Assembly (NCBI GenBank): GCA_039028615.1
Contig: JBCCHT010000018.1
Location: 96,001 to 160,000, forward strand
DNA length: 64,000 nt
Direction of reading: 5' to 3'
Source of the DNA: Myxococcota bacterium
GTDB taxonomy: Bacteria > Myxococcota_A > Polyangia > Nannocystales > Nannocystaceae
The position numbers were made by a program, and so were the translations under genes. Positions 1 to 9,733 of the stretch are shown here, piece after piece. Each line of letters begins with the position of its first letter. The first letter of the stretch is position 1. The notes beneath the pieces were generated by a model. It saw nothing but the letters and a program-made list of their open reading frames with translations. It searched no databases and had not been told where the DNA came from.

Positions 1-846
1 AGCAAGGAAACCGCCGACCGACGCCCCACCGCGTGGCAAGCGTTTCGGTCCGCGCTCCCCTACGAGTCGTTCCCCGCGTCGCCGCGACGGGGCACGGTCG
101 TGGCCGACGACGCGGGCGGGATTCGCTACTGGGCCTACATCCCCGAAGAGGCCAAGCGCCGCCCGCTACCGGTCCTGTATCACTTGCACGGGGCCGGTGT
201 TCGCTGGACCTGGGTCCGCCGCGACGTCACCTGGATCGCCCAGCAACAGGAGCTCGCCGTCGAGGCGACGCAGGGCGTGCCCATGGTGGTCATCGCCCCG
301 TACGACCCGACCCACTTCAGCATGTGGGCCGACGATGTCCGCGGGTCGCACTCCACCGCGCACCTCGTCACCGAGGTGCTTCGCCGGCATGTCGAGTCCA
401 CGTACGATGTCCTGCGGGGCCGGGCCAACACGCACATCCAGGGCTTTTCCATGGGTGGGTTCGGGGCGGCCACGCTGGGTCTGAAGCACCAGGATCTGTA
501 CGGCACCGTCGGGATCTTCGATGGGGCCATGCACGACTGGTCGACCTTCACCGAAGGCCATCCCACGCTCGCCGCCGAGCAATTCGGCGGAGACCCCGAC
601 GTGTTCGCCCGCTGGTCCCCCTGGGCGTGGGCCCGCCGGGCCGACCTGTCCTGCACCCCGGTGTTCATCGCCGAGGGATTGATGGCCAACTTCAACCGTC
701 GCTACCGCGACCACCTGCGCGGGTTGGGGGGCGACGTCGAGTACGTCATCACCAACCGCCTGCACGACCTCCGCGGGCTGCAAAGAGACACCGGACTGGC
801 CGTGTACCAGTTCATGGCCAGCGCCCGCGCAGCTCGTCGACCCTAG
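1..846 (+). CDS. Putative esterase (alpha/beta hydrolase), probably 5'-truncated by the window edge
   Basis: PVLYHLHG and GFSMGG nucleophile motifs; the frame is open back to base 1. Confidence 0.75.
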   Translation, partial: SKETADRRPTAWQAFRSALPYESFPASPRRGTVVADDAGGIRYWAYIPEEAKRRPLPVLYHLHGAGVRWTWVRRDVTWIAQQQELAVEATQGVPMVVIAPYDPTHFSMWADDVRGSHSTAHLVTEVLRRHVESTYDVLRGRANTHIQGFSMGGFGAATLGLKHQDLYGTVGIFDGAMHDWSTFTEGHPTLAAEQFGGDPDVFARWSPWAWARRADLSCTPVFIAEGLMANFNRRYRDHLRGLGGDVEYVITNRLHDLRGLQRDTGLAVYQFMASARAARRP

Positions 847-983
847 CTTCTTCCCCAGGACGACGAGCATGGGGCTCGTCGCCCACCTTCAACCGAACAC
901 TCCGGTGGCCGTGCGCCGAGCCGCCGTAGGCAGTGACAGTAGACACTTTGATTCGAGCCCCGCGGGGCTCGGGAGATCCTCCC

Positions 984-2087
984 ATGCGACACACGATTCC
1001 TTTCTTCCTCGCCTTGGCCGTGGGCTGCCAGTCCGACGCAGACGACACCAGCATCGAGGACACCGACGTCGGCGAGACCGGCATCGAAGACACCGACACC
1101 GATGCGACGGGGGCCGACGAGACCGGCGAAGAGCCGGACGTCGCGTACGACGGCTACGACTACCTCTCCCACTACGCGGTGATGCCCGACGGGCTGAACA
1201 TGCACTACCTCGACGAAGGCGAGGGCGACCCGATCGTCATGGTGCACGGCCTGCCGACCCAGGCGTATATGTGGCGCCGCGTGATCCCGACGGTGGCCGA
1301 CAAGGGCCGCGTCATCGCGCCCGATCTCATCAACTTCGGCCTCTCCGACAAGACCGATCCCGTCACCCCGGGGCAGGAGGTCGAGTACCTCACCGCGCTC
1401 ATCGACGAGCTCGAGCTGGAGAACGTCACGCTCGTGCTGCACGACTGGGGCGTCGCCATCGGTCTGGCCTACGCCGCGAACCACACCGACAACATCAAGG
1501 GCGTGGTCTTCTTCGAGGGTCCGTTCTCGCCGCTTCCCGGCCTGGCGGGCATTCCCGAGTGGTTCGTGCCCAACATGCTCGACCCGGTCACCGCTCGGCC
1601 GAACCTCGTCGACGACAACTGGCTCATCGAAGGCTTCTTGCTCGATCCCGCGGGCGGGGCGACGTCGCGGATCTACACCGAGGCCGAAAAGGAGGTCTAC
1701 CGTGCGCCCTTCACCACGCCGGAGGAGCGCGAGCAGATCTTGCTCTTCCCGCAGTACCTACCCTTCCTCGACACCACGGGTCACCCCGTGCTCGACCCCG
1801 ACGGCCCGGGCGGTGAGCCACCGATGCCTGCGCCCGAGATCGAGATCTCGATGGGCAACGCCCAGTTCCTGCAGACCGCCGATGTGCCCAAGCTGTTCAT
1901 CTACGGCATGCCGGGCACGTGGGCCAACGGCAACGGTGCGATGCTGGCAGGCAGCCTCGAGTCCTCCATGCTCAACTTGAGCTCGGTGCAGGTCGGTCGC
2001 GAGGACACGCCCAACTACCACTACATCGCCGAGGACACCCCCGACGAGCTGGCGGACGCGGTCGTGACCTTCGTGCAGGGTCTGTGA
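984..2087 (+). CDS. Haloalkane dehalogenase-like alpha/beta hydrolase, lipoprotein
   Basis: Lipobox LAVGC, acidic linker, HGLPT, APDLINFG, VLHDWG nucleophile, FFEGP, HYIAED His. Confidence 0.8.
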   Translation: MRHTIPFFLALAVGCQSDADDTSIEDTDVGETGIEDTDTDATGADETGEEPDVAYDGYDYLSHYAVMPDGLNMHYLDEGEGDPIVMVHGLPTQAYMWRRVIPTVADKGRVIAPDLINFGLSDKTDPVTPGQEVEYLTALIDELELENVTLVLHDWGVAIGLAYAANHTDNIKGVVFFEGPFSPLPGLAGIPEWFVPNMLDPVTARPNLVDDNWLIEGFLLDPAGGATSRIYTEAEKEVYRAPFTTPEEREQILLFPQYLPFLDTTGHPVLDPDGPGGEPPMPAPEIEISMGNAQFLQTADVPKLFIYGMPGTWANGNGAMLAGSLESSMLNLSSVQVGREDTPNYHYIAEDTPDELADAVVTFVQGL

Positions 2088-2441
2088 GCGATGGCGTTCC
2101 TCGGCACGGTCCGCGACCCGACCGTACGTCGGTCGGTCGCGGGCACGTGGTGGGGTCTCGCATCAGCGCTCGAACGAGCAGCCGCCAGTGCCACAGACCA
2201 AGAACCCATCACGCAGCTGTCGGTACGACTCTTGGGTCCTTCCGCAGGGCGGGCACCCGAGTCCCTTCGTGAAGTCGACGAAGACCGGCTCGATCGGCGG
2301 AGGCGGTACGAAGGGCGGCAGCGGAGCAGGGAGCGCCCACGGACCCGCGTCGGGGATGGGCATGGCCGCAGATGGCTCGAGCGTGCCCGGCGGAGCGGCG
2401 ATCGACCATGGGCGAGTCTGACGATGTGCCCCGGCCCTCGG

Positions 2442-3368
2442 CTACGACCCGCGTCGAACACCCTCGGCCGGCCGTCGCGGCTCCTGCCATGAGTCGGACG
2501 CAGCACGCTCCCGATGCGGCCCAAAGCCCTCGTAGAGGTGATCCATCAGCGCTCGAATCCTTCGGTTGTCTCGCAGGTCCGAAAGCGTGAGCGCCCACAG
2601 GTCCCGAGTCGCGGAGTCGAGCGGAGCATCCAGTCGCACCAGGTTCGGATCGCCATCGCCGTCGTCGCGCGTGAGCACCGAGACCCCGATGCCCTCACCG
2701 ACCGCGTGCCGCCACACGGCGTAGTCGTTGGAACGCAGCACGACTCGAGCCCCGGGGGCGTGCTTGCCCATCCAGCTCCGCATCCACGACGATTCATCGG
2801 AAGGGTCGACGCCGACCCACGGGTACGTGCTCAACGGAGCATCGGGGCCCACCCGCTGTACGAGGCGGTACGCGGCATAAGCCCCGAACGCCACGCGGCT
2901 CACCTTGCGACCGAACAAGTGCTCGGCCGGGCGATCGCCGACTCTCAACACGACGTCGGCGTCACGGCGCGACAGCGACACATTGCTGATCGCGGTACCG
3001 ATGGTGAGCTCGACGTCGGGATACCGCAGTAAGAAGCCATCGAAGATCTCTGCGAACCCGGTGAACAGAAAGCTCAGCGTCGACAGTCGCAGCGGGCCGC
3101 GCAGGGCGGCATCGCGGCCGAGCACATGGGCGTGAGCGCTGACGACTTCTTCTTCGACTCGCGTTGCAGTCTCGGCCAGCTCCGCGCCCGCGGTGGTCGG
3201 TACCCACCCGTCCGGCGTCCGGTCGAAGAGGCGAACCCCGAGCGCCTCCTCTTCGTCGCGAATCCGTCGCCCGACCGTTGTCCGTGCCACGCCGAGCGCG
3301 GTCGCGGCTCCCGTCAGCGTTCCCGTGCGAGCGACGGCCAGAACGAAGCGCAGCGCGTCCCAGTTCAT
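2442..3368 (-). CDS. LysR-family transcriptional regulator
   Basis: MNWDALRFVLAVARTGTLTGAA HTH, LFDRT motif; divergent from the NAD(P)-binding gene. Confidence 0.92.
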   Translation of the reverse strand: MNWDALRFVLAVARTGTLTGAATALGVARTTVGRRIRDEEEALGVRLFDRTPDGWVPTTAGAELAETATRVEEEVVSAHAHVLGRDAALRGPLRLSTLSFLFTGFAEIFDGFLLRYPDVELTIGTAISNVSLSRRDADVVLRVGDRPAEHLFGRKVSRVAFGAYAAYRLVQRVGPDAPLSTYPWVGVDPSDESSWMRSWMGKHAPGARVVLRSNDYAVWRHAVGEGIGVSVLTRDDGDGDPNLVRLDAPLDSATRDLWALTLSDLRDNRRIRALMDHLYEGFGPHRERAASDSWQEPRRPAEGVRRGS

Positions 3369-3458
3369 GCGTTCATTTTCGCACGCTTGAAGGCCTCTTT
3401 TGCACCTTGGCGGAGCGTATGCGCACGACCATGGTGAAGGCGAAGAGAGCCAAAAATC

Positions 3459-4097
3459 ATGAAAATTACGCTATTTGGGGCCACTGGAGGCGTCGGGGGA
3501 GAGTTGCTCCGGCAAAGCGTGGACGCGGGCCATGAGGTCACCGCCCTGGTACGCACGCCGTCGAAGCTCCCCGCCGACCTGCGCTCGCGCGTGCAGGTGG
3601 TCGAGGGCGATGCGCTCGACCCGGCCGATGTCGAGCGGGCCTTGGCCGGAGGCACCGAAGCGGTGCTCTTTGCCCTGGGTGCGAGCCGCAAGTCTCCGCC
3701 GAACCTGTGCACCGAGGTCACCCGACACATCCTGGCCGCGATGCCGAAGCACGGGGTCGACCGCTTCATCTGGTGTGGTGGAGGCAGCGCGCCGATGCCC
3801 GACGAGCAGCGGAACTTGGGCGCGCGGATCGTGACGTGGACGGGCGAGAAGTTCTTCGGCTTCCTTCACCACGACAAGGTCCACCAGCTCGAGCTGCTCG
3901 ACGACAGCCGCAGCATCCGATGGTTCGGGGTTCGTCCCATCGCGATCAAAAAGGGGCCGCGCACCGAGTCCTATCGCATGGGCTACGACGACTTCGGCAT
4001 GTTCTCCAGCATCACCTATGCCGACTGCGCTCACGCGATGATGAGCATGCTGGCCGGCGAGCGCTGGCTGCATCAGGCACCCATCGTCCGCTACTGA
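3459..4097 (+). CDS. NAD(P)H-binding oxidoreductase (flavin reductase/BLVRB-like)
   Basis: MKITLFGATGGVG Rossmann motif, ITYADCA. Confidence 0.85.
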   Translation: MKITLFGATGGVGGELLRQSVDAGHEVTALVRTPSKLPADLRSRVQVVEGDALDPADVERALAGGTEAVLFALGASRKSPPNLCTEVTRHILAAMPKHGVDRFIWCGGGSAPMPDEQRNLGARIVTWTGEKFFGFLHHDKVHQLELLDDSRSIRWFGVRPIAIKKGPRTESYRMGYDDFGMFSSITYADCAHAMMSMLAGERWLHQAPIVRY

Positions 4098-4103
4098 TGC
4101 GAG

Positions 4104-5033
4104 CTAGGCACGCAGGCCCTCGGCCACGACTCGCTCGATGAAGTCGGCCACGGTCGTGACCTTGACCGACAGCTGCCGATGCTTGGGGTACACGAGGCTG
4201 ACCGGCATCCGCTGCCACACCTGCCACCTGGGGAGAAGCCGCACCAGCTGTCCCTCGCGGATGGCCGGGCTCGCGAGGAAATCGAACACCGCGATCACGC
4301 CTTCACCCAGCCGCGCCAGCTCCACCAGGGCGTCGCCGCTGTCCAGCGTCACGTTGCCCGACAGCGGGACCGCGCGGCGTTGATCGTCGCGCTGAAACTG
4401 CCAGGTCCGCATCGTGTTGCCACGGTGAGAGCCATAGAAGTAGATGTTGTGCTTGGCGAGGTCTTCGGGACGTCGCGGGCGCCCGTGGCGTTGGATGTAG
4501 CTCGGGGAGGCGCAGAGCATCCCCTGGCTGTGGGCGATGGTGCGTTGCACCAAGCGGCGGTCCGAGCCCCGCGGGTCGGCGCCCATGCGCACCGCGAGAT
4601 CGATGCGTTCACCCACCACGTCGACCCGGCGATCGGTCAGCTCCAGGCGGACCTCGAGGTCGGGATGGCGTCGCAGCAGCTCGGGCAGGGCGGGGACGAT
4701 GACCCGCCGCCCCAGTTCGGCGGGCACGCTCGCCAGCACGGTGCCGCGCGGCCCGGCCTGGGCTTCGGTCAGCTCGGTCTCGGCTTCCTCGATGTCGGCG
4801 ACGATCTGCCGACAGCGTTGGTAGAAGCGCCGACCTTCCTCGGTGATCGCGACCTTGCGGGTGGTTCGATCGAACAGCCGCACCCCGAGCCGTTCCTCGA
4901 GTCGCGAGATCGTCTTGCTCACCCCCGAAGGCGAGATGCCCAGCTGGCGTGCCGCCTCGCTGAAGCTCTCGGTCTCGGCGACGCGAACGAGAACGGGAAT
5001 GCCGGCGAGGGCCTCGGTCGACGCGGTGCTCAC
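4104..5033 (-). CDS. LysR-family transcriptional regulator (CrgA-like)
   Basis: SFSEAARQLGISPSGVSK...LEERLGVRLFDRTTR. Confidence 0.93.
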   Translation of the reverse strand: MSTASTEALAGIPVLVRVAETESFSEAARQLGISPSGVSKTISRLEERLGVRLFDRTTRKVAITEEGRRFYQRCRQIVADIEEAETELTEAQAGPRGTVLASVPAELGRRVIVPALPELLRRHPDLEVRLELTDRRVDVVGERIDLAVRMGADPRGSDRRLVQRTIAHSQGMLCASPSYIQRHGRPRRPEDLAKHNIYFYGSHRGNTMRTWQFQRDDQRRAVPLSGNVTLDSGDALVELARLGEGVIAVFDFLASPAIREGQLVRLLPRWQVWQRMPVSLVYPKHRQLSVKVTTVADFIERVVAEGLRA

Positions 5034-5108
5034 CTGTGAATCATTTCATAAATCTTATTCTGTTCGACCCCATTATCACCGAATGGGAAACAACCTACGT
5101 TGGCGTCC

Positions 5109-6086
5109 ATGGACATCCCCAACACCATGAAAGCCCTCGAGATCACCAGCTGGGACGGCCCTTCGGCGGCCCACGTCGTGGAGGCACCCGTGCCCACCCC
5201 CGGCCCCGGCCAGCTGCTGCTGAAGATCGGCGCCGCCGCCATCAACTTCGCCGACACCATGCAGTCGCGCGGGCGCTACCCGGGCGGGCCGCAGGCACCC
5301 TACCTCGCGGGCTACGAGGCCTCGGGCGAGGTGGTGGCCGCGGGCGAGGGCACCAAGTTCAAGCCCGGCGACCAGGTCATCGGCTTTGGCCGTGGAGCCT
5401 TCGCCGACTACATGGTGTGCCAGGACGCGATGGCGCGACCGCTGCCCAAGGGCTGGACGCCGACCAAGGGCGCCGCGCTGTGGACGAGCTGGTACACGGC
5501 GGCGGGAGCCCTGCATCACCTCGGGCAGGTGCAGGAAGGCGAGACCGTGCTGATCCATGCGGCGGCGGGAGGCGTGGGCCAGGCCGCGGTTCGGCTGGCC
5601 AAGCACCTCGGCGCGCGAGTCATCGCGACCGCGTCGTCGGCCGAGAAACTCGCGGCCGCGCAGCGCCTCGGCGCCGACGTGCTGATCAACTACCGCACCG
5701 AGGACTTCGTGCAGGCGGTCAAGGACGCCACCGACGGGCGCGGTGCCGACCTGATCTTGGAGATGGTGGGGGGCGAGACCTTCCGTCGCAACTTCGAGGC
5801 GGTCATCCCCCAGGGGCGCATCGTCGTCTACGGTCTGTCGAGCGGCGAGCGAGCGTCGATCGACAATCACCAGCTCGTGTTCGAGTACCCGGTCAAGCTG
5901 ATGGGGCTCAACATGGGCAAGCGCCCCGAGTACTTCGCTCCGCTCTTCGGCCTCATCGAGCAGTGGATCGCCGAGGGGGTGATCGATCCCGAAGAGCCCG
6001 AGCGTCACTCACTCGAGGCTCTGCCTACCGTGCTCGCGAACCTCGAGGCTCGCAAGACGGCGGGCAAGCAGGTCTTCGTCCCGTGA
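5109..6086 (+). CDS. NADPH:quinone oxidoreductase (MDR family)
   Basis: INFAD, GYEASG, VLIHAAAGGVG, GKQV motifs. Confidence 0.9.
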   Translation: MDIPNTMKALEITSWDGPSAAHVVEAPVPTPGPGQLLLKIGAAAINFADTMQSRGRYPGGPQAPYLAGYEASGEVVAAGEGTKFKPGDQVIGFGRGAFADYMVCQDAMARPLPKGWTPTKGAALWTSWYTAAGALHHLGQVQEGETVLIHAAAGGVGQAAVRLAKHLGARVIATASSAEKLAAAQRLGADVLINYRTEDFVQAVKDATDGRGADLILEMVGGETFRRNFEAVIPQGRIVVYGLSSGERASIDNHQLVFEYPVKLMGLNMGKRPEYFAPLFGLIEQWIAEGVIDPEEPERHSLEALPTVLANLEARKTAGKQVFVP

Positions 6087-6100
6087 ATCGGCGACGTCGA

Positions 6101-7192
6101 CTACGCGAGCGAGACGAGCTGCTTCATGATGTTGCCGACTGCGGGCTGCAGGGCGCCGGTCATCTGGTCGGGGCTGCCCGAGCCGCAGTTGGACAGCGCG
6201 ACCACACCGAAGCCGAGCGCGGGGCACAGCTCGACCACCGCCGCACATCCGGGGAGCCCTCCGTTCTTCTGCAGCATGGTCTGGCCGCCCGCCTGGTAGC
6301 TCGTCCACGCGAAGCCCTGTCCCGCTCCACCCGAGGTCGTGGTCCACTGCGCTTGGGCCTGGGCCATGCCCTTGGTGAGGGCGCTGGGGACGGACTGGCC
6401 GTTGATGGTCGTGACCCCGAGGTTGGCCATGATGAAGTTCAGCATGTCGCTGACGTTGGACAGCGTGCGACCGGCCGTGCCCCATGGGGTCCAGGGCGAC
6501 TGTGGGACTGCGTCGTAGCTGCCGCTTTCGAACTTGTAGAACGTGGCGACATCGGCATTCGGCGGCGGGGTGTGGCCGCTCGAGCTCATCGATAGGGGAG
6601 AGAACAGGTTGGTGTCGTACCAGCTGTCGGCGGCGGTAGAGCTCGAGTAGTCGCTGATGCCCGCGGCGGAGATGAGGATCTGGCCGAGAAGGCCGATGCT
6701 CGAGTCCGAGTAGTCGTTGGCGGCGGGAAGCGAGCCGGGGTCGGGGCGATCGTCGATGAACTGGATGAACTGGGTCTGGTCCGAGTCTTGGGCGGGGGTG
6801 CTGGGGTTGATGCCCGCGGTGAACGTCGCCAGCTGCTCGTAGGTGATCTTCTGCTGCCACGATTGCAACGAGTAGGCCGAGGGCACCGCATCTTCGATGT
6901 TCGACTCGTAGAAGGTCTTGGCGTCGATGCCCTGCTGGTAGGGCGACGCGCCTAGCAGGCTGGTGGTGAATACCTTGGTCACCGAGCCGATCTGAAACAG
7001 CGTGCTCTCGGTGGGAGCCGAGCCTCCGATCGACGAGACGCCGAACGGAAAGAAGTACGGCGTGCCGCCAATGTAGACCCCGACCGCCGCGCCCACGGTG
7101 AGCGTGGCCGAGGGGGTGTCAGAGTAGATGAGCGGAGAGATGGCGTCGTCGACGATGCTCTCGACGCTGGTGCTCGAGGGGGAGGAGGTCAT
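6101..7192 (-). CDS. Serine hydrolase, beta-lactamase class C-like
   Basis: FQIGSVTK (SxxK), YSD, KNGG; start placed at MTSSPSS. Confidence 0.85.
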   Translation of the reverse strand: MTSSPSSTSVESIVDDAISPLIYSDTPSATLTVGAAVGVYIGGTPYFFPFGVSSIGGSAPTESTLFQIGSVTKVFTTSLLGASPYQQGIDAKTFYESNIEDAVPSAYSLQSWQQKITYEQLATFTAGINPSTPAQDSDQTQFIQFIDDRPDPGSLPAANDYSDSSIGLLGQILISAAGISDYSSSTAADSWYDTNLFSPLSMSSSGHTPPPNADVATFYKFESGSYDAVPQSPWTPWGTAGRTLSNVSDMLNFIMANLGVTTINGQSVPSALTKGMAQAQAQWTTTSGGAGQGFAWTSYQAGGQTMLQKNGGLPGCAAVVELCPALGFGVVALSNCGSGSPDQMTGALQPAVGNIMKQLVSLA

Positions 7193-7419
7193 GAGTCGTT
7201 CCTTTGGTGTGCGAGTCGGGCGGGTTTGAGCGACCGCGCCTCGTCCGTTCGAGTCAGTCGGTCCCGCGTCGCGTTTGATCACAAATAGGCGCTCTCGGGC
7301 CCAATTCGGCCGCAGATGGGAAGACCGCGAGGGATGGTGTCCGGTTGGCGACCGCTCGGTGCGGTGGCGGGCGCGCCCCTGCGACGACGCGACTGCGGGG
7401 GTAACCAAGCTCGAGCGCC

Positions 7420-7956
7420 GTGCGTACCCCGAGCGTGCTGAACGTGCGCGCGTGCTCGATTCGTTTCGCAACGCTCTCGCTCATGCTGGTCATGGCCTGC
7501 GGCGACACCAACGGTGGCGACGATGGTCTGCCGGCCGCGGCCGAGGATCCTGATCCGCTGGTCGTACCCACCAACAGCGACGACCTGTTGGAGTGGTTGG
7601 TCGCCGAGCCCTACCTCGACTGGCCCAGCGAATCCGGGATCCATCGATCGACCGGGCCTCACTTCGGAGACGTCCAGACCTGGGTGACGCCCGCGCTGCT
7701 CGATTCGCTCGAAGCCGGGAATGCCGAGCACCCGGCCGGCTCCGCGACGGTCAAAGAGCTCTACGGCAGCGGCAGTGAGCGCCGCGGGTGGTCGGTCTCG
7801 GTCAAGCTCGCCGACCTCAGCCAGGGCGGCGAGCAGTGGTACTGGTACGAGTGGTTCAACGGCAGCATCGTCGCCTCGGGCGATGGCATCTCGGTTTGCA
7901 CGGGCTGCCACTCGGGCGGCCAGGACTTCGTGCTGACGCCGATCCCGTTGCAGTAG
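7420..7956 (+). CDS. Lipoprotein with cytochrome P460-like c-type heme domain (start uncertain)
   Basis: Lipobox VMAC, PAGSATVKELY, WYWYE, C-terminal CTGCH followed by DFV. Confidence 0.7.
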   Translation: MRTPSVLNVRACSIRFATLSLMLVMACGDTNGGDDGLPAAAEDPDPLVVPTNSDDLLEWLVAEPYLDWPSESGIHRSTGPHFGDVQTWVTPALLDSLEAGNAEHPAGSATVKELYGSGSERRGWSVSVKLADLSQGGEQWYWYEWFNGSIVASGDGISVCTGCHSGGQDFVLTPIPLQ

Positions 7957-8008
7957 TCGCTCGTCGTCTCGGTCCGGCTACAGGCGTCGGGTCGCGTATC
8001 ATCCGGCG

Positions 8009-9268
8009 ATGGCCGATGAACTGCGCGCTCGCATCGATGCACGACTCGATCGGTACCCGGGCGACATCATGCCGTTCGCTCCGTACATGCCGGTGCCGGC
8101 TCCCTTGCACTCGTTCGAGGAGCACAAGGCCATCGCGATCCGCGAGATGAACGAGCGGCTCGCCGCGGCCAAGGCCTCGATTCGCACGCCGCCCGATCCT
8201 TCGCTCATCTCCATCAAGTCCTGGCAGTTCGGCTTCACGGGCAGTGAGTCCGACGACGCGGCCACTCGGAGCGCACGTGATGGGCTGTACCTGCGCCTGC
8301 AGTCTCATCGTGGTGACTACGTCTCGTCGGAGCAGTGGCGTGGGTTCTTCGAGGCCATCGACAATCCAAAGCGGTGGGTCGAGTTCGGCGAGGCGGCCGA
8401 AGCCGAAGGGTGGACTGTCGAGGCCAACGCATGTTTCGCGGCTGCCCGCTGGCTCGATCCCGGTGTCGAGGAGCGCATCGCGACGGCGATCGCCGGGCGT
8501 TCGAACGATGCTCTCCCCGCTCGCCTCGTCCGTCAGCCCGACGCGGGCCTCGCCACGCAGCCCTTCATGCAGCGTCACTGGCTGGCTTGGGACATGAAGA
8601 ACTACGGGCGCCTCGATCTCCCCACGCTCATGCGCTGGGCCTGCGATCCCAACTTCTCTGTGCGTGCCCGGATCTATCGTTCGCTCGGTCAACGCCCGCA
8701 TCCCGCATCGATCCAGACGCTGCACGAGGGGCGCTTCGATCCCCATCCCTTTGCTCGCGCCCAAGCCCTACGTTCGCTCGGCTGGTGTGCCGACCCGACC
8801 GCGCTCGAGTTCCTGCGTACGATGGCGGCGTCCGATCCCGACGCAGAGGTCCGTCGCACCGCGGCCAAGGCCGCCCAGCGCATCGAGGGGTATTGGTGGT
8901 TCTACGGCGAGTGGAATGCGATCGCGGGGTCTGCGGAGCGCATGCTCGAGGTTGCCCGGTTCCTCGTCGACAAAGGCTTGCCCGCGTTCGTGTACAACAT
9001 CGTGGTCCTGTGCGATCGGGGCGACGACGGTGCGCTCGGTGAGCTCGTCGATTCGATCGAAGCCGACGCCCTCGAGCGCGACCGCGAGGACGAAGAACTC
9101 TACGCGCGCTCGCAGTACCACCACTGGTTTTCCGAGGCCCAAGAGCACGAGGCTCGGCGAGACTCACTCACCGATGAGGAGGCCCGGTCCGACGCGCGCC
9201 AGCCGGGAGCGGCGGGATTCGAGGGTCGGCGCACTCTCCGTCATCGCGGGCTGGCCGTCCCCTCATGA
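8009..9268 (+). CDS. HEAT-repeat protein
   Basis: DPNFSVRA, DPHPFARAQALRSLG, DPDAEVRRTAAKA repeats. Confidence 0.7.
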   Translation: MADELRARIDARLDRYPGDIMPFAPYMPVPAPLHSFEEHKAIAIREMNERLAAAKASIRTPPDPSLISIKSWQFGFTGSESDDAATRSARDGLYLRLQSHRGDYVSSEQWRGFFEAIDNPKRWVEFGEAAEAEGWTVEANACFAAARWLDPGVEERIATAIAGRSNDALPARLVRQPDAGLATQPFMQRHWLAWDMKNYGRLDLPTLMRWACDPNFSVRARIYRSLGQRPHPASIQTLHEGRFDPHPFARAQALRSLGWCADPTALEFLRTMAASDPDAEVRRTAAKAAQRIEGYWWFYGEWNAIAGSAERMLEVARFLVDKGLPAFVYNIVVLCDRGDDGALGELVDSIEADALERDREDEELYARSQYHHWFSEAQEHEARRDSLTDEEARSDARQPGAAGFEGRRTLRHRGLAVPS

Positions 9269-9369
9269 CCTCGACGGTCGGGCCCGACCCGAGGTTTGCT
9301 GCCCTCGCATGACGTCGCCTGCCGGATGCGACTCGGGCGCGCCCGCGTTGGCCACGCGCGACAACCAAT

Positions 9370-9404
9370 AAAAAAACCCTTGGCACCGGGGGAGGTACCA
9401 AGGG
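9370..9404 (-). terminator. Intrinsic terminator of the candidate sRNA
   Basis: CCCTTGGTACC-TCCCCC-GGTGCCAAGGG-TTTTTTT on the minus strand. Confidence 0.85.
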
Positions 9405-9534
9405 AAGGGGTCGGGGTGTTCCCTACAAGGCAGAGAGAGTTGGGCCCGCTGTCGGGGGAGACTGAGAGCCCACCGCCTCGTGGAAATCGTTGTCTTGCGT
9501 CGTTCGCTACCGTTCGTCCCTCGCCAGGGACAGC
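9370..9534 (-). ncRNA. Candidate sigma54-dependent small RNA with two UCCCCC-loop hairpins (Pxr-like architecture)
   Basis: Sigma54 promoter upstream, three hairpins with G-U pairs valid only on the minus strand, intrinsic terminator with U7. Confidence 0.7.
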
Positions 9535-9543
9535 CCCTTAGAA

Positions 9544-9559
9544 TGCGAGCGGTGTGCCA
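9544..9559 (-). promoter_or_regulatory. Sigma54 (-24/-12) promoter
   Basis: TGGCACACCGCTCGCA, exact GG-N10-GC spacing. Confidence 0.72.
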
Positions 9560-9649
9560 CGGGGTGCACGCGCCTGGCATTCTTTTAAAGTGTTTTGAGA
9601 TCAAAGAGATGCTTGGGGCTCGGCGGAACCATGACCGGGGGCCACAGCC

Positions 9650-9733
9650 GTCAATCCGATGACAAACCGACGGAGGTTCGACGGCTTGTCAGAAACTTGA
9701 CGCCGGATGTCGGGAAATCGTCGACACTTTGAC
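9650..9733. promoter_or_regulatory. Three GTC(A/G)-N6-TGAC palindromes, putative enhancer-binding-protein sites
   Basis: GTCAATCCGATGAC 9650-9663, GTCAGAAACTTGAC 9688-9701, GTCGACACTTTGAC 9720-9733. Confidence 0.55.
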
